A stretch of 64,000 nucleotides of DNA from the NCBI RefSeq assembly GCF_009914755.1, contig NC_060944.1, one strand, 5' to 3'. The translations under genes were made by a program, and so were the position numbers. The notes under the pieces are model-generated. The model ran no database searches. It was not told the origin of the DNA and saw nothing but the letters and a program-made list of their open reading frames with translations. Numbering within the stretch: position 1 is the first letter of the stretch; every line of letters starts with the position of its first letter. The stretch is from the human T2T-CHM13v2.0 reference genome, Homo sapiens. Below are positions 25,408 through 37,322 of this stretch, piece by piece.

Positions 25408-25823
25408 GTGGCAGAGGTAGCTCGATTGCATTAAATGCTTACATTGATTCTGCACTTGGCTATGCGATCTGCTTTGGCCAATTGGACAGTAAGCAGATGG
25501 AATGCAAAGAGGGACTGTAAAAAGCACTTGTACATTTTTACTTCCTCTCTTTAATCTTTGCTACTATTGTGAGAACAAGCCCAGGCTACCCTGCTGAAGG
25601 CCTCCAAGAAACATGTGGAGCAGAGATAAGTCATCCAGCTAAGGCCATCCTAGCTGACCAGTTAGCCCACAGCTGGACACATGAGCAAGCTCAGCCGAGT
25701 TCAGCCAAGCTAAGCCCAGACCAGCAAAACTGTCCATCCAATCTCTAAACTCATGAAAAATAATAAGCAGCTATTAAGCCATAACGTTATCAAGTTTGTT
25801 ACATAGCATTATATAACTGACAT
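25408..25823 (+). mobile_element. MLT1 (I/J-like) solo LTR
   Basis: GCTTTGGCCAAT...GAGAACAAGCCCAGGCTA...TTTGTTACATAGCATTA...ATAACTGACA. Confidence 0.7.
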
Positions 25824-27478
25824 AGTGACCATGGCTTGTTAGTGGACGGCAGCCATCGAAGTACTCTTTCCCAAGTGGCCCTTAGATGCATGGTGAGGCC
25901 AGCACAGATGCTTTATGAGAACAAGCTGCAGTAGCATGCACCATAGAATCTTCAGATTTTCCCAAGGACACCACGCAGCCTATGCCTTTACTGAGAGTCC
26001 TCCTTGCAAAGGCCAGAAGAGCATTTGCTTGTCTGGACCCCTTCTATTGGTTGATACTCACTGGCCACCTGACATACAATTAAGCTTGTGCCTTGGAGAA
26101 ACCCAAAGGTCAGCATCTTCACTGAAGCACTCACTTTTGCTCACAGCCTTGCCTCCACAAATACACCTTCACCTATGGACAAAACCTCCACAAGGGTGAA
26201 AGCCTGTGAAGCTGGCACTTTAGACTTCATGCTGCCTGCCTGCATCATAGTAGCTAAGGGCCCAAGTGCAAAGTGATAAAGCCAAGTCCCATGACCAACA
26301 CAGACATCTGCAACTTGCTCTGTTCACAAGAATGTGCCATGGCCCATGTTGCAGACACATCCCAAGCTTTTCTGTTTGTTATTATGATCCATCAGTGACA
26401 CTTCCTTTATGTTCCTTGAGGTTCCTGGACTAGTTCTCTGGTTGCTACAGTTTTTCAGGATGGAGCCAATAAAGAATATCTCTCATTTCATCTCAAGTTC
26501 TGAAACAACTGAGAAGTAAGATTAAACACTGCAGACAGAGATGGATTTTCTAAAATAAAGCTGATATTGGAGGACATGGCTTATATCTGTGGGAAAGTGG
26601 GTTTCTGGATACTGAGCCTCAGACTGAGATTTAATCTCAGACACGGTCGGATGGACTGAGTTAGCCCTCCTTACCACAAAGGGTTGAGCAAATGCTTGCT
26701 TCTTGTAAGCAGCTCGATTCCGAGAAAGACAGAGAAGAAGGGGCTGGGCTAGGCAATGCCGGTTCTTGCCCCAAAAATGTTCCACTTACCTTGGCGAGAA
26801 AGGCCCAGAGGGTCACACTGATGGTCTCCCCTCTCCTTGAGAGAGACATCACAAAAAGGATGCTTCCTTCCCCATTGAGGAATTCTGGTAAATAAAGTTG
26901 TGGCATTGATTTTTAAAACAATTTTATTTCTAGAAATGTCTTTGGTGCATCTTTTAAATTGGAGCATTGAGAAGCTGCCAGGCTGGCCTTTCTCCTAATG
27001 TAACTTTGAGGAGACCTGACCTTTGCACAAGTCTGACAGAACCCTAGTTATTTTGTTTCCTCTTCCGGATATAAAGGTACACAAGAATTATCACTTCAGA
27101 GGAGATGCAGTTGAAACCTTTTTTACAAGCACAGTGAGCCTTTGCTCTCCTATCATGAATATTCTAGAATTATGGAATAGCCTATCCAGGCTTAGAGCCT
27201 GAGTAAACATGAGCTTGATAATCCCAGATTGTCCCTCTGTGGTTGGTTGGCTGGCATTGTCTCCAAACTGGGGGCCGTGTGCAAATGAGCCTTAAGCTCA
27301 CTAAAGGCTTGGCTTCCCACCCCAGACGGTTTTATCTGAGGACCTTTGGATATGATATTCTGTGTTTGAAAATTATTTCCTCTATATTGTTATATGGATG
27401 GCTTTCTTGTCACTTACATCTTAGGTCAAAATTGACCTTTTGCAAGTAACCTTCTCTAACTTCCTGGTCACATAAGCC

Positions 27479-28023
27479 TGTGTGGTAGTTTTAAACCATG
27501 ATAGAGTCCAAGTCCTTACATCTTGAATCTGGGCTAACCTTGAAGACTGTTGACACCAACGAAACGCAGCAGAAATGACACTGTGTAACTCCCATAACTT
27601 ATGATGTCCAGCCATTAATGGCATAGAGCCCCTGCATTGCTTGCTGGGACTCTTGCTTTTGGACCTCTGAACCAGCATGTATGAAAACAGGCTACCCTGA
27701 GGCCGCCATGCTTGGAGGAAGCCCAAACTACATAGCAAGGTCACATGGAGATGTTCCAGTCAGCACTCTCCATGTATGTCCATGTGCATCACCACCAGAT
27801 GAGTATGCAGGGCCTTATGATGGATTATTCCAGCCCCCAGGGGTCAAGCACTCCAGCCTTAGAATCTTCGCAGCTGAGACTCTGGATATTGTGATAGAGA
27901 CAATCTATTCTCAATCTGCCTTGTCCAAATCTTGACCCGACACAATCTGTGAGCATAATAAACTGGTTATTTGGTGCCATTTACTTCTGGGGTGATTTGT
28001 TGTGATTCAATAGTGATCAGAAC
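27479..28023 (+). mobile_element. MLT1G-like solo LTR
   Basis: GCAGAAATGACACTGTGTAACT...CTACCCTGAGGCCGCCATGCTTGG...GTGAGCATAATAA...GGGGTGATTTGTT. Confidence 0.75.
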
Positions 28024-28039
28024 TCCTCATTTATTTTTT

Positions 28040-28700
28040 ATATTAAATAGTACTACTTATCACTGTCAAAATACTGCATTATTTATTTGTTCATTTATTT
28101 ATTTATAGCCTGTCTTTCCTACTTATATGTGGGTTAGCTCTGCTCTTGCATGAGCTTGTCTGCCTTAGACCTACAACACTCTTGGCATATAGTAGACAGT
28201 CAATAAGTATTTGTTGAATGAATAAATAGACAAATGCCTTTTCCCTTGTAGAACAGAAATAAGAGTTTTTGGGAGAGTATTTCAGTCCTTTTATTCTTTA
28301 TCTCTAGGCTCTTGGCAACAAAATTGAGGCTATTTGTATGAAATATAAAGTAGACTGTTCCTTTATAATATTCAGGTGAACTATCCTGTCAAACATTCAG
28401 TTATTCATTCAATACGTATGTGCTCAGCACCAAACCCACACCACAAGACAGGCACTGTAGTTCTCACTAGGGACATTGCAATAGGTAGAACTTAGACTGT
28501 CTTCAAGGAGTCCATTGTCTAGGAAGATCATGGGCAAATTAAAGGATAGAGAAACATCTTTGGCAGCCTCAGAGTCAAGCTCCTTACACGGCATGAGCAA
28601 TGACTCCTATCTGCATGTTACAGTTTTCCCCAGGGCCCTGCTCGGTGCCTAGCACTTAACAGGTGGTCAAACAAGTATTTGTTGACACTCCAATGAATAA
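28040..28700. mobile_element. Cluster of short L2 3'-end fragments (both orientations)
   Basis: CAATAAGTATTTGTTGAATGAATAAAT (28201), TTCATTCAATACGTATG (28404), GTGCCTAGCAC...AAGTATTTGTTGA (28645-28685). Confidence 0.6.
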
Positions 28701-30159
28701 AACAGAAATTTTTTTCTGAGCCGGTCAAAAAGCAAAGGTGCATATAAAAGAGAAGTTTGGGTAACTATGCAAAATGGAGCCTTATATATCTGAGTAACAT
28801 TTGGTTCTTGGTCAGCGTATTCTTCAATCATAGAGTCATTATAGAAACCAATGTAAAATATCAAGGACCCAGCACTAACATGCCACTGCCTTTTTAAAGA
28901 AAGCCCATTAAAATGACATAAAAAAATGGCATCTGCCTCAGGTTTCTGCTTGGAGATGAATTCATGTGATCTCAGCATTTTATCCTGGAGGTTCCCCTGA
29001 GAAGATGCACTGGGGAAGCAATTTGTATCTCTTTTAACTAAAACAGGGAGCCTGGAAGTCCATGGGTTGTCCACTTCTGCCAAACTCTAATCCAATCATG
29101 GTGAAAGGCCTCAGATCTGAAGATTTTGTGTACTGTTAACTGCATGCGATTTTTTTTCCCTTGGTATTTACATCTAAGGCTATGCCAAGCCTCTGATTTT
29201 ACAGCCAAGTTAGGATTCTGAGAATATTTCTGAGTAGATTGTGCCCAAAATTTAATTAAGATACGAGAAAATTTGAGCATATCATCAGAAAAAGAGGAGG
29301 TGTTGAATTATTATTCAGTGAATGAATGAGGATAATTAACAAAACTGATTTATACTTTCTACGGTTTTATACATTTTCAATGCAGTCTCATCCAGCTCCC
29401 CATATTCTGGGAGGAAGGGAGGACAGGCTTTACAAAGATGCTTCTGTAGAGAGAGAAAGTGAATTTTAGGAAAGCAACACATGGAAGAGTCGCCTATGTG
29501 CAGCAAGAATGTAGCAGTTTCTGATTGATTGAGTCCTTATGCTTGGTGCTTTTTGCCACATCACACTTTGGTGGCTAATATGGACCTTTCTGACCCCAAA
29601 AGCTTCATCGTCAGAGAAGTAAAGGATGGGGCTCAACCAGAACACAGACAGAAGGCGATGAGGCTGTAGACAGTGTTACCTGGGGTAAGTGTGACTGTGA
29701 TATCAAAATAGCTAGTGGTGTCTAAACATCCATAGCTTTTAAGCATTACTCTTTTATGCCATTTAATCCTCAATAACTTGTCCAACAGTTTTTATGCACG
29801 TGTCTTACCCCCCTTCTAGGAAGCAGTATTATGTACTGGGAAAACACAGGTATTTAAGTAAAACAATTTCTAGTTTCTCAAGCTTCGTGAGCCTTAAATT
29901 CTTTATTAATAAGTTAGGGATGATCATGCCTATATTGTAAAATTCATGTGATGATCAAATGTTTTACCTTATGTAAAGTAACTTATGCATAGTCTGCCAC
30001 ATAATAAGGCAAACAAACATCAGTAGCCTGCCCTTATTTTTAAGCCGGTGTCTGAGATCCTTGAAGGCAAAAAGCTGGCACAGTGCCTTGCATGAGAGAG
30101 GATTTCATGAATATTTATTGAATGAGTGAATGCATGAATAACCATAGGATGCAATAGCG

Positions 30160-30560
30160 TATTAATCAGGGTAACTCTAGCAACAGAAACGAATATATTT
30201 CCATGGCTTGTCAAAATAGAATGTTATTGCTTACTCACCTAAGAGTCCAATTTGGGTGTTCCCGTCAGCAGAAGGCTGTTGATTGCATGTGGATTCATGA
30301 CCCCAGATTCTGTCCAGCCTCCATAGCTTGGGCCTTGGAGTCTTTGTAGATCAGCCTCAGTTGCTTCTTAACCCAAGACCTGTAAAAGAAGGGACACTCA
30401 TCGCTTCCACTCATGGTCTGTGGGAGATACCTGGTCATTTGGTCATACCTGGATGCAAGGACAGCTGGGAGGTGAGATCCCTCATTAGGAAGCTGCCTTC
30501 CTACTTCACACTCTAGTAGAGTGACCCAATTGTTACTGCCAAAATAGTTAAAAGAGAAAG
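30160..30560 (-). mobile_element. Old MLT1J-like LTR
   Basis: CATGGCTTGTCAAAATAGAATGTTATTGCTTACTCAC...GGTCATACCTGGATGCAAGGACAGCTGGGA. Confidence 0.55.
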
Positions 30561-30882
30561 AGCTAGAAACTTGAGATGAGTGAACACAAGCCAATAATCT
30601 AAGTAGAAGATACTTCCATAACATGCCTTGACAAGAGACATTCTTTAATACTTGACCCACTCAGATACCTGGAGGAAACAAGCAACTAAGATAACGGATC
30701 AAATGTAAGACAATGGGGATGAGAGGAAGCTACGGCTGGTTGGTGAGTGCCTAACTCTCCCTTTTATCTTAGGCTTTGGAGTAGAGAGTTGAATTCATAA
30801 CGCCCTTCAGTTTGTATCATGTCATGGTCACAAGTCCAAACTGAACAAGAGCCTCATTTTGCCTCATTTTATTTTAACTTTT

Positions 30883-31214
30883 TTTTTTTTTTTTTGAGAT
30901 GGAGTCTTGCTCTGTCTCCCAGGCTGGAGTGCAATGGCACGATCTCGGCTCACTGCTATCTCCACCTCCCGGGTCAAGCAGTTCCCCTGCCTCAGCCTCT
31001 GGAGTAGCTGGGATTACAGGTTCCCGCCTGTAAATAGTCGCCTGTATTTACAGGCGGGAACCTGTAATTCCACGCCTGGTTACTTTTTGTATTTTTAGTA
31101 GAGATGGGGTTTCACCATCTGGGCCAGGCTGGTCTTAAACTTCTGACCTTATGATCCACCCGCCTCGACCTCCCAAAGTGCTGGGATTACAGGCATGAGC
31201 CACCATGCCAGGCC
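30883..31214 (-). mobile_element. AluS (Sg-like) carrying a ~40-bp templated inverted insertion
   Basis: TSD TTTATTTTAACTTTT at 30868-30882 and 31215-31229; insertion described under findings. Confidence 0.92.
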
Positions 31215-31375
31215 TTTATTTTAACTTTTAATTAAAATATAATATACCTACAGGAAAGGGTAAAATCTCAAGTGTACAGTTCAATGAAGTTTTTACAAAC
31301 TAAACCCACTCGGTGCAACCAGCACCCAGATAACAGCATCCCACAAGGTCTTCTTATGTTCCCTTCTAGTCAAAT
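31215..31375 (-). mobile_element. L1ME-like 3' end fragment
   Basis: AATCTCAAGTGTACAGTTCAATGAAG...CAGCACCCAGATAACAGCAT...TTCCCTTCTAGTCAA. Confidence 0.65.
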
Positions 31376-32189
31376 CTAGTATTACAAACTATGCTAGAAG
31401 TCTGAAATGGAAAGTAATTTTTCTTTCTAATTTTGAATGTATTCTGGTAGCCACCTATGAGACATTTGCAGGCTAGAAATGTCTCCCTTACAGAGATGAG
31501 ACATTTCATATGTAGAAATGTCTATAGAAATGTAGATGGTTCGTATATTTCTTATACAAAAATAGGACTCTTGTTCAGTCTGGGCCTATGGCAATGAAAT
31601 GACATGGGCCGATTGCAAAGAGTATAGACAGAAATCGGGAAAGAATAGGACCATTTTGCAATTAGCACGTCCTGGAGTGAGTACCTCAAGCTACCTGAAA
31701 AACAGCAGTCACTTAGGAACATCAGGCAGGAAAAGGAAACCACACAACACTCATCTAATAACATTTCCATCCCCGAGTATTTATCAGCCATGTGGGCCTA
31801 CTATGGCTACGCTGGGTTGGAAAGAAAGCAAAGGAACAAGAAGAGCCTGTGGTCTCTTCCTTGAACAACTTGCATCTAAGCACAGCTTCAAAACCAAGAC
31901 AGATGAAGCTAGGAGAGAATTCGTATGTTTGCAGTGATGCCTCTGCTCATAACTTCTGGGTGGAGAGAACTGGGGGAGCCTTAGGGAAAAAGGGAAAAGA
32001 ATAGGGCTTTTATAAGTAAGGAGAAATACCATAATCAGTGAGGTGGAGGGAGGAATGGAAAGCAGGGAGCCATCAGGACCTCCAAGTTCTGTCAGCCATA
32101 GACATAGTTAGGCAGTGGGTGGCGTACGGCCTGGTGTCTGGAAGCATTTGAAGGAAAGATATGTCGCTTTATAAAGGAAGAGGTGAGAC

Positions 32190-32638
32190 TGTGTTTGCTA
32201 ATAGCTCCAAAGCTCCAAAAGATGCCCACGTCCTTATCCCTGGAACAGATGAATGTTACCTTAAATGGCAAAAGGAACTTTACAGACATGAATAAATTAA
32301 GGATCTTGAGATGGGGCAGATTACTCCTAAGATGGGGAGATTATTTGGGTGGACTCAGTGTAATCACAAGCATCTTTATAAGAGGGAAGTAGGAGTTAGA
32401 GTAGGAGCTATGATAATGGAAGCAGAGGTCAGAGTGATGTGGCCAGGAGCCAAGGAATGTGGGCAGCCTCAGCCTGGTCCTGAGCTGGAGAAGACAAGGA
32501 ATGGGTTCTTTACCAAAGCCTTTGGCTTTAGGTTCATTTCAGACTGCAGACCCCCAGAACTGTAATGTCATATATTTACCCTGCTTTCAGCTGCTGTTGG
32601 TTGGTCATTTGTTACAGCAGCAACAGGAAATGAATACA
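32190..32638 (+). mobile_element. MLT1D solo LTR
   Basis: AAAGATGCCCACGTCCTTATCCCTGGAAC...GGCAAAAGGAACTTTACAGA...TTTGTTACAGCAGCAACAGGAAATGAATACA. Confidence 0.88.
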
Positions 32639-32839
32639 ATATGCTTTTGCCATCTTGGAAACCCTGCCTTTCATTACATCCCTGACATGGCAGTAGATGT
32701 TCTTGCCTGGCCAGAAATATTATTGCCCTGCTTTGGGCCCTGCACAGAAACAGTCCCTCTCTGGCCCCCTCCAGCTGTGTTCCTCCACAAGGAGCTGAGG
32801 GTCTTTGAGGCCAGTGCTACTCCAATCTGATATGCATGA

Positions 32840-32993
32840 TAGCTGCAGCAGCGTCACCTAATGGTTTGTTAGATATGCCATGAGCTCCCTTCCAACCTAA
32901 TGAATCTCAATCTCTAGAGTAAGGCCCAGAAATGTGGGTTGTAATCAGCCCTCCAAGAGATTTCCAAGTAGGCCTAAGGTTGAGAACCTCTGC
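32840..32993. mobile_element. MER5A hAT-Charlie MITE
   Basis: GCAGCGTCACCT...TGTTAGATATGC...GGCCCAGAAATGTG...GCCCTCCA...AAGGTTGAGAACCTCTG. Confidence 0.7.
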
Positions 32994-33412
32994 TCTCCTG
33001 GGTCTGTAGGAATCTGTTTTTAGGGTTTGTCTTTCTAAGGGTGAGACACATTGGCGTGTGTGCAGCCCAGGGCCCAGGAGTTGGAAATTTGAAGAGAACC
33101 GGGGGAGGATCAAGCTCAGTTACATCAGCTGGGGTATCTGTACTGATGCAGAGGAGGTCCTAGCCACGCTGGAAGGAGCTGGCAGTGGGAAGAGAAAAGA
33201 GGATGGATCAGATTTTTCACTTAATTTCTTTCCCCCCCGGAGAGCCTAGTAATAACAATGTACTGAAATAGGGGAAAGCGAGTGTGCTTTGAAAAGTGCT
33301 GAGTTTTGCACATTTGGAGAAATTATCATCTTCTTTAGGAGCCCAAATCACTTTTTAAAATACGACTGCAGTAATAATAATTGTTATGATAATAAAATCA
33401 TGATAGTTACTA

Positions 33413-33881
33413 CAGTTTTAGGTTTGGTTCCCCAGAAGCAGAGCCTGACATAAAGATTCCTGTTCCAGTGGCTTATGGAGCAACTGTTCTCAGGAGGACC
33501 TGGAAGTGGGGAAGCAGGAGAGAAAGGAAGAAGAAATTATGCAACTAAGCAATTATAGACGTGGCCCCAGCCTCAGCCTGGTCCTGAGGGGAGCTCTGGA
33601 GTGTATGTAACACTTCATAGTTTGTCTGTATGAATGTAAGGGCACTGGGCTTCCTGACTCCTGCCCCCATCAGCAACCACCTGCTTGGGATAACACCTGG
33701 CACTTGGGCTCCCTGTCTGTCTGTGCGGATAAAGTGGCTCAGGGGGCCCAAGGGCAGCCTCTGAAGAAGGTTTCAGGTGCAAGCTGTTGGCAGCAAAACA
33801 CACGGGAGCCAGGGGATGCATGTGCACAACCGTTACCTTAGGTCCCCAAGGACCTGCACGGGGCACTGACATGTCCACTAT
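33413..33881 (-). mobile_element. LTR33/LTR16-like ERVL LTR
   Basis: GGTTCCCCAGAAGCAGAGCCTGA...GGGAAGCAGGA...CCTCAGCC...GGGGAGCTCTGGAG. Confidence 0.7.
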
Positions 33882-34853
33882 GACTGTCCTGAGCTCTTTT
33901 CGGTGACAGGCACTTTTCTCCAGGCTTCCTTGTATTCAGTCACCAAACCCTTACTGGTAAGAACAGTTGCCATCCTCACTTTGCGAATGTGAAACCTGAA
34001 ACATAGAAAGATGAAGTAATTAGACTAGGAATCCACTGGAGGTAGGAGGTAGCCAGGCTGGGACTCAAACTGAGGCACAGCAGTTCCTCGATCACTGCCT
34101 TCAATGGCCCCCTCCTGCCTCTGCTGTCCCACGAACTCCTGTACCCTCCCTGCCCCAAGCTTCTGGCAGGGGCAGTGCTTTTCCAAGGAGTAGCATGAAG
34201 GCAGTTCTCCAAGTTCCCTTTATCCAGGAAACCAGAGCAAGGCTTGTGAAGAAAATGGAATTTTTCATTAACCAAGAACGAAAATCTCAATCTATGCACT
34301 TAATTAGGTCAGATACCCATTTTCCTCTGAGTCTTAGTTCTTTGAAGTCAGAGGAAGCCCTGAGCATTGGAGACGGGAAAAGAAAAAATGGAAAGAGAAT
34401 TGGGAGGAAAGCTCCTACATATACACACACTCACGAAAAAAAAAAACAAAACCAATCCATCAATCCTTGTTAAGGGTTGAATGCAGATAAAGTTAGCTAT
34501 CAACCTTATCAACACTGAAAAAAAAAGCTTAAAATAAAAACTAGGGCAATCCCCTGAAGGAAGAAAGCCTTGGCATCAGTCTGGAGACTTCACCTACCTT
34601 GTTAAGAGCTGCATTCCCTACTCTCTTATGAAAATACTGAACATGTTTGCAGTCAATTCCATGACTCCTTGGTGATTTAGATATTTTAGTTAAAGCAGAA
34701 GACTAAAAATATAGATTTGAAATTTTCAAAGGCAATGTGAGGGGTAGCCTCCGAAGAGCCAGATGCCGTTGGGGAGGCAGCGTTGGAGCGGTGGTCCAGA
34801 GGTCTGGGCTCTAATTTCAGCTCTGACACCGGCCTGCATGGTGGCTCCAGAAC

Positions 34854-35065
34854 GGCACTGTCCAGCACACCTGCGAGAGATGGTGGGAATGTTCTGTGAC
34901 TGTGTTTCCTGGACACTGGCCACTAGCCCTGTGTGACTAGTAAACACTCGAAATACATCTAGTGTGACTGAGGAACTGAATTTTCACTTTTATTTAATTT
35001 CAATTTATTGAGTTTGCATTTACATAGACACATGTGGCTGCAGGCTACCATGTTGGACAGCTTGG
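34854..35065. mobile_element. MER3 hAT-Charlie MITE
   Basis: GCACTGTCCA...GCCACTAGCC...GTGACTGAGGAACTGAATTTT...CACATGTGGCT...GCTACCATGTTGGACAGC. Confidence 0.85.
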
Positions 35066-35165
35066 CGCCAGGCCTTAACCCTCCATCGACTTGATTTTTA
35101 AAACTGTACCTGAAAAATGAGACAGATATGTGTCTCATCCCTTTGTTGTACAGATGAAAAACCAA

Positions 35166-35680
35166 GTATGTCAGTTAAATTTGGCTATATAACACACCAC
35201 CCCAAGACTGTGGCTTGAAATAATAATCCTTTATTTAGCTTATGATACTGTGAGTTACAAATTTAGGATGAGTATAACTGGACAGCTTTTATTGTCTTCC
35301 TGGGTTAACTTTGCACATTTGTGGGCAGCTTCTGCTCAGCTGGGAAATGGCTGGTTTAGGATGGTCTCAGCTGGGTGGCTCATCTCTGCTGCATATGGCC
35401 TGTCATCTTCTCAGAGGCTGGCCTAAACTTTCCATGTGGTGACTGGGAGGGTGCCAAGTAAGGAAACCTTAGTGTGCAAAGCCTCTGAGGCCAAGTCCTA
35501 AACTGGCATACTGTCACATCTGCTGCATTCTATTGGCCAAAGCAAATCAGAAGACCAGCCCAGAAGAAGGGGCCAGGAAACAGACCCACATCTTGATAGG
35601 AGACACAGCAGAGTCACATGCAAAGTGTGTTGATATAAAGAGGTGTGCACCACTGTGGCTATTTTTGAGATCAACCGTAT
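35166..35680 (-). mobile_element. MLT1H-like solo LTR
   Basis: GTGGCTTGAAATAATAATCCTTTATTTAGCT...CTGCTGCATTCTATTGGCCAAAGCAAATCA...CAGACCCACATCTTGAT. Confidence 0.8.
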
Positions 35681-36244
35681 TGAGGTTCAACAGGTAAAGT
35701 GAGGTCACAAAGGAAACTTTTAGTAGCTCTGAGGCTCTGACCTGGGATTCTTGGCTCTCAGACCAGTGCTGGCCCTTAGTCTATTTCTTGGATTCTCTGT
35801 ATAACCCTTGCCTTTGTGGGCCTTCGATTTTTATATCTACAGAGAGAAATAGAGAAATGCAATGATTTTGCTCTTTTTCCAGCTCTCAATTGGTTTAAGT
35901 GTTGGACTGGCGGTTTCCTTTAGGTGGGGTCCTGGGGAGGGGATACATGGTACTGGGCAGACCTGGATGAACCCACTTGGAATTCCTGAAAGCTGCATTT
36001 TTTTTCCCCAAATAGCTGTTTGAAAGCCAGAAATGAAGGTATACTCAACCAAACATAAGGTGTTTACCATTGAGCTTAGCCTTTTGGAAGGAAGTTCCTA
36101 AAAGACTGAGTTTGGAAAGGACAGAGTTTTCCTTTCAGGTCCTTCTAATTTATAATCTACCCACTTCCTTTTCCTTTCGTAAATATGATGTACGTGAGTG
36201 GAGTGATCTAAATATCTTCCTAGCTCCAGAAGCCTGACAGTATT

Positions 36245-36400
36245 TTCACGTTGATCTCCCGTTCGATAAATCAAGCCTCGCGGATGTGTGAACTGCGACG
36301 CCAACGCAGTAGCTCTGGAGGAGCGGGGCTGCGGCTGCCGCGCTTCCCGTTTCGCAGGCCGTGAGTCTCCGCGACGGCATTCCACGCTGACGGAAATGCC
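36245..36400. promoter_or_regulatory. Orphan CpG micro-island; candidate promoter or enhancer
   Basis: 20 CpGs in ~145 bp (36249-36392), not recognisable as a repeat, in a CpG-depleted background. Confidence 0.55.
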
Positions 36401-36494
36401 TTGGAGCAGCTACCTCACAACTGTCAGTCCAAACGTGTGTGTTTTGCCAAATCGCTGGTTCACAAATCTTTACTTGTGAAAATAAACAGAAATG

Positions 36495-36820
36495 AGTACA
36501 AGGAAGAAGATTCAGAAGAAAGAGACCATGGAGAAGATAGTGATACTTATAAAGATGATGATGAGGATGATGAGCTGGTGAGAGAGGGAGAGGAGGGGGA
36601 AGAGAGAGAAGACGGGAGGGAAAGGAGGAGAAGGGGAGGGTTAGAGGAAAGAGAGGGGAAGGAGGGTGGAGGAGGAGGGGAGGAAAAGAGGACTAAGTGG
36701 AGGAAGGAGAGGAGGGAGAGGAGAAAGGGAGGTAGAAGGGCAAGTGCAGGAAGAGAGAGGGAGAGTAGAAGAGAAAGAAGAAAAGGAAGAGAAGGAGAGG
36801 TGGGTGGAGAAAGAGGATCA
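36495..36820 (+). repeat. GA-rich low-complexity tract
   Basis: Near-pure purine strand over 36580-36817. Confidence 0.9.
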
Positions 36821-36904
36821 GCAAAGGCTGGAGCTGGTACCAAAGCCCAGGAAACTATACAGATCTCACAAACAAGCTGCTCTCTGCTCAGTCTGAAAAC
36901 ACGT

Positions 36905-37322
36905 GGGTTAGACCATCTTTCTGCAAGCCGACCCTGAGACAAGGGTGCGGGAGCCAATGATCTATTAAGGAGGCGCTCCCAGGAGGGAGTGAGGAAGGCA
37001 AGACAGGGGAGGGGAAGAGGCTGAGCAAAGGTGCAGTTTCAGGCAAGTTCCCAGCCTCAGCCTCAACCTGTGGGAGGTTCTGGAGCATCCATTACACCTT
37101 AGAATTTATCTCCATCAAAGTAAGAGAGCTGGGTTTTTCTATTCTTGGCTACATGTCACCGGGGGATATCACTCTCAGCAACTTCTGGTTCTCCATGATG
37201 GTGAGGATTTCAGGACTCATCACCCCTTAGCAGCAAAGCACTGCTGAACAGGGACATAGACACAGGAACCAGCAAAAGGGACCCTGGGGGTCTGGGCAGG
37301 GTGCCCACAGTGTTTGCCATAC
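36905..37322 (-). mobile_element. LTR33-like ERVL LTR
   Basis: GACCCTGAGACAAGGG...GGGAGTGAGGAAGGCAAGACAGGGGAGGGGAAG...CCTCAGCCTCAACCTGTGGGAGGTTCTGGAGC. Confidence 0.7.

Noticed and set aside
36401-36937. 178-aa Glu/Arg/Gly-rich ORF containing a FLAG-tag-like DTYKDDDED
   Set aside because: TTG start and no in-frame ATG; it stays open because purine tracts lack stop codons. The FLAG resemblance (DYKDDDDK) is inexact and there is no vector context.
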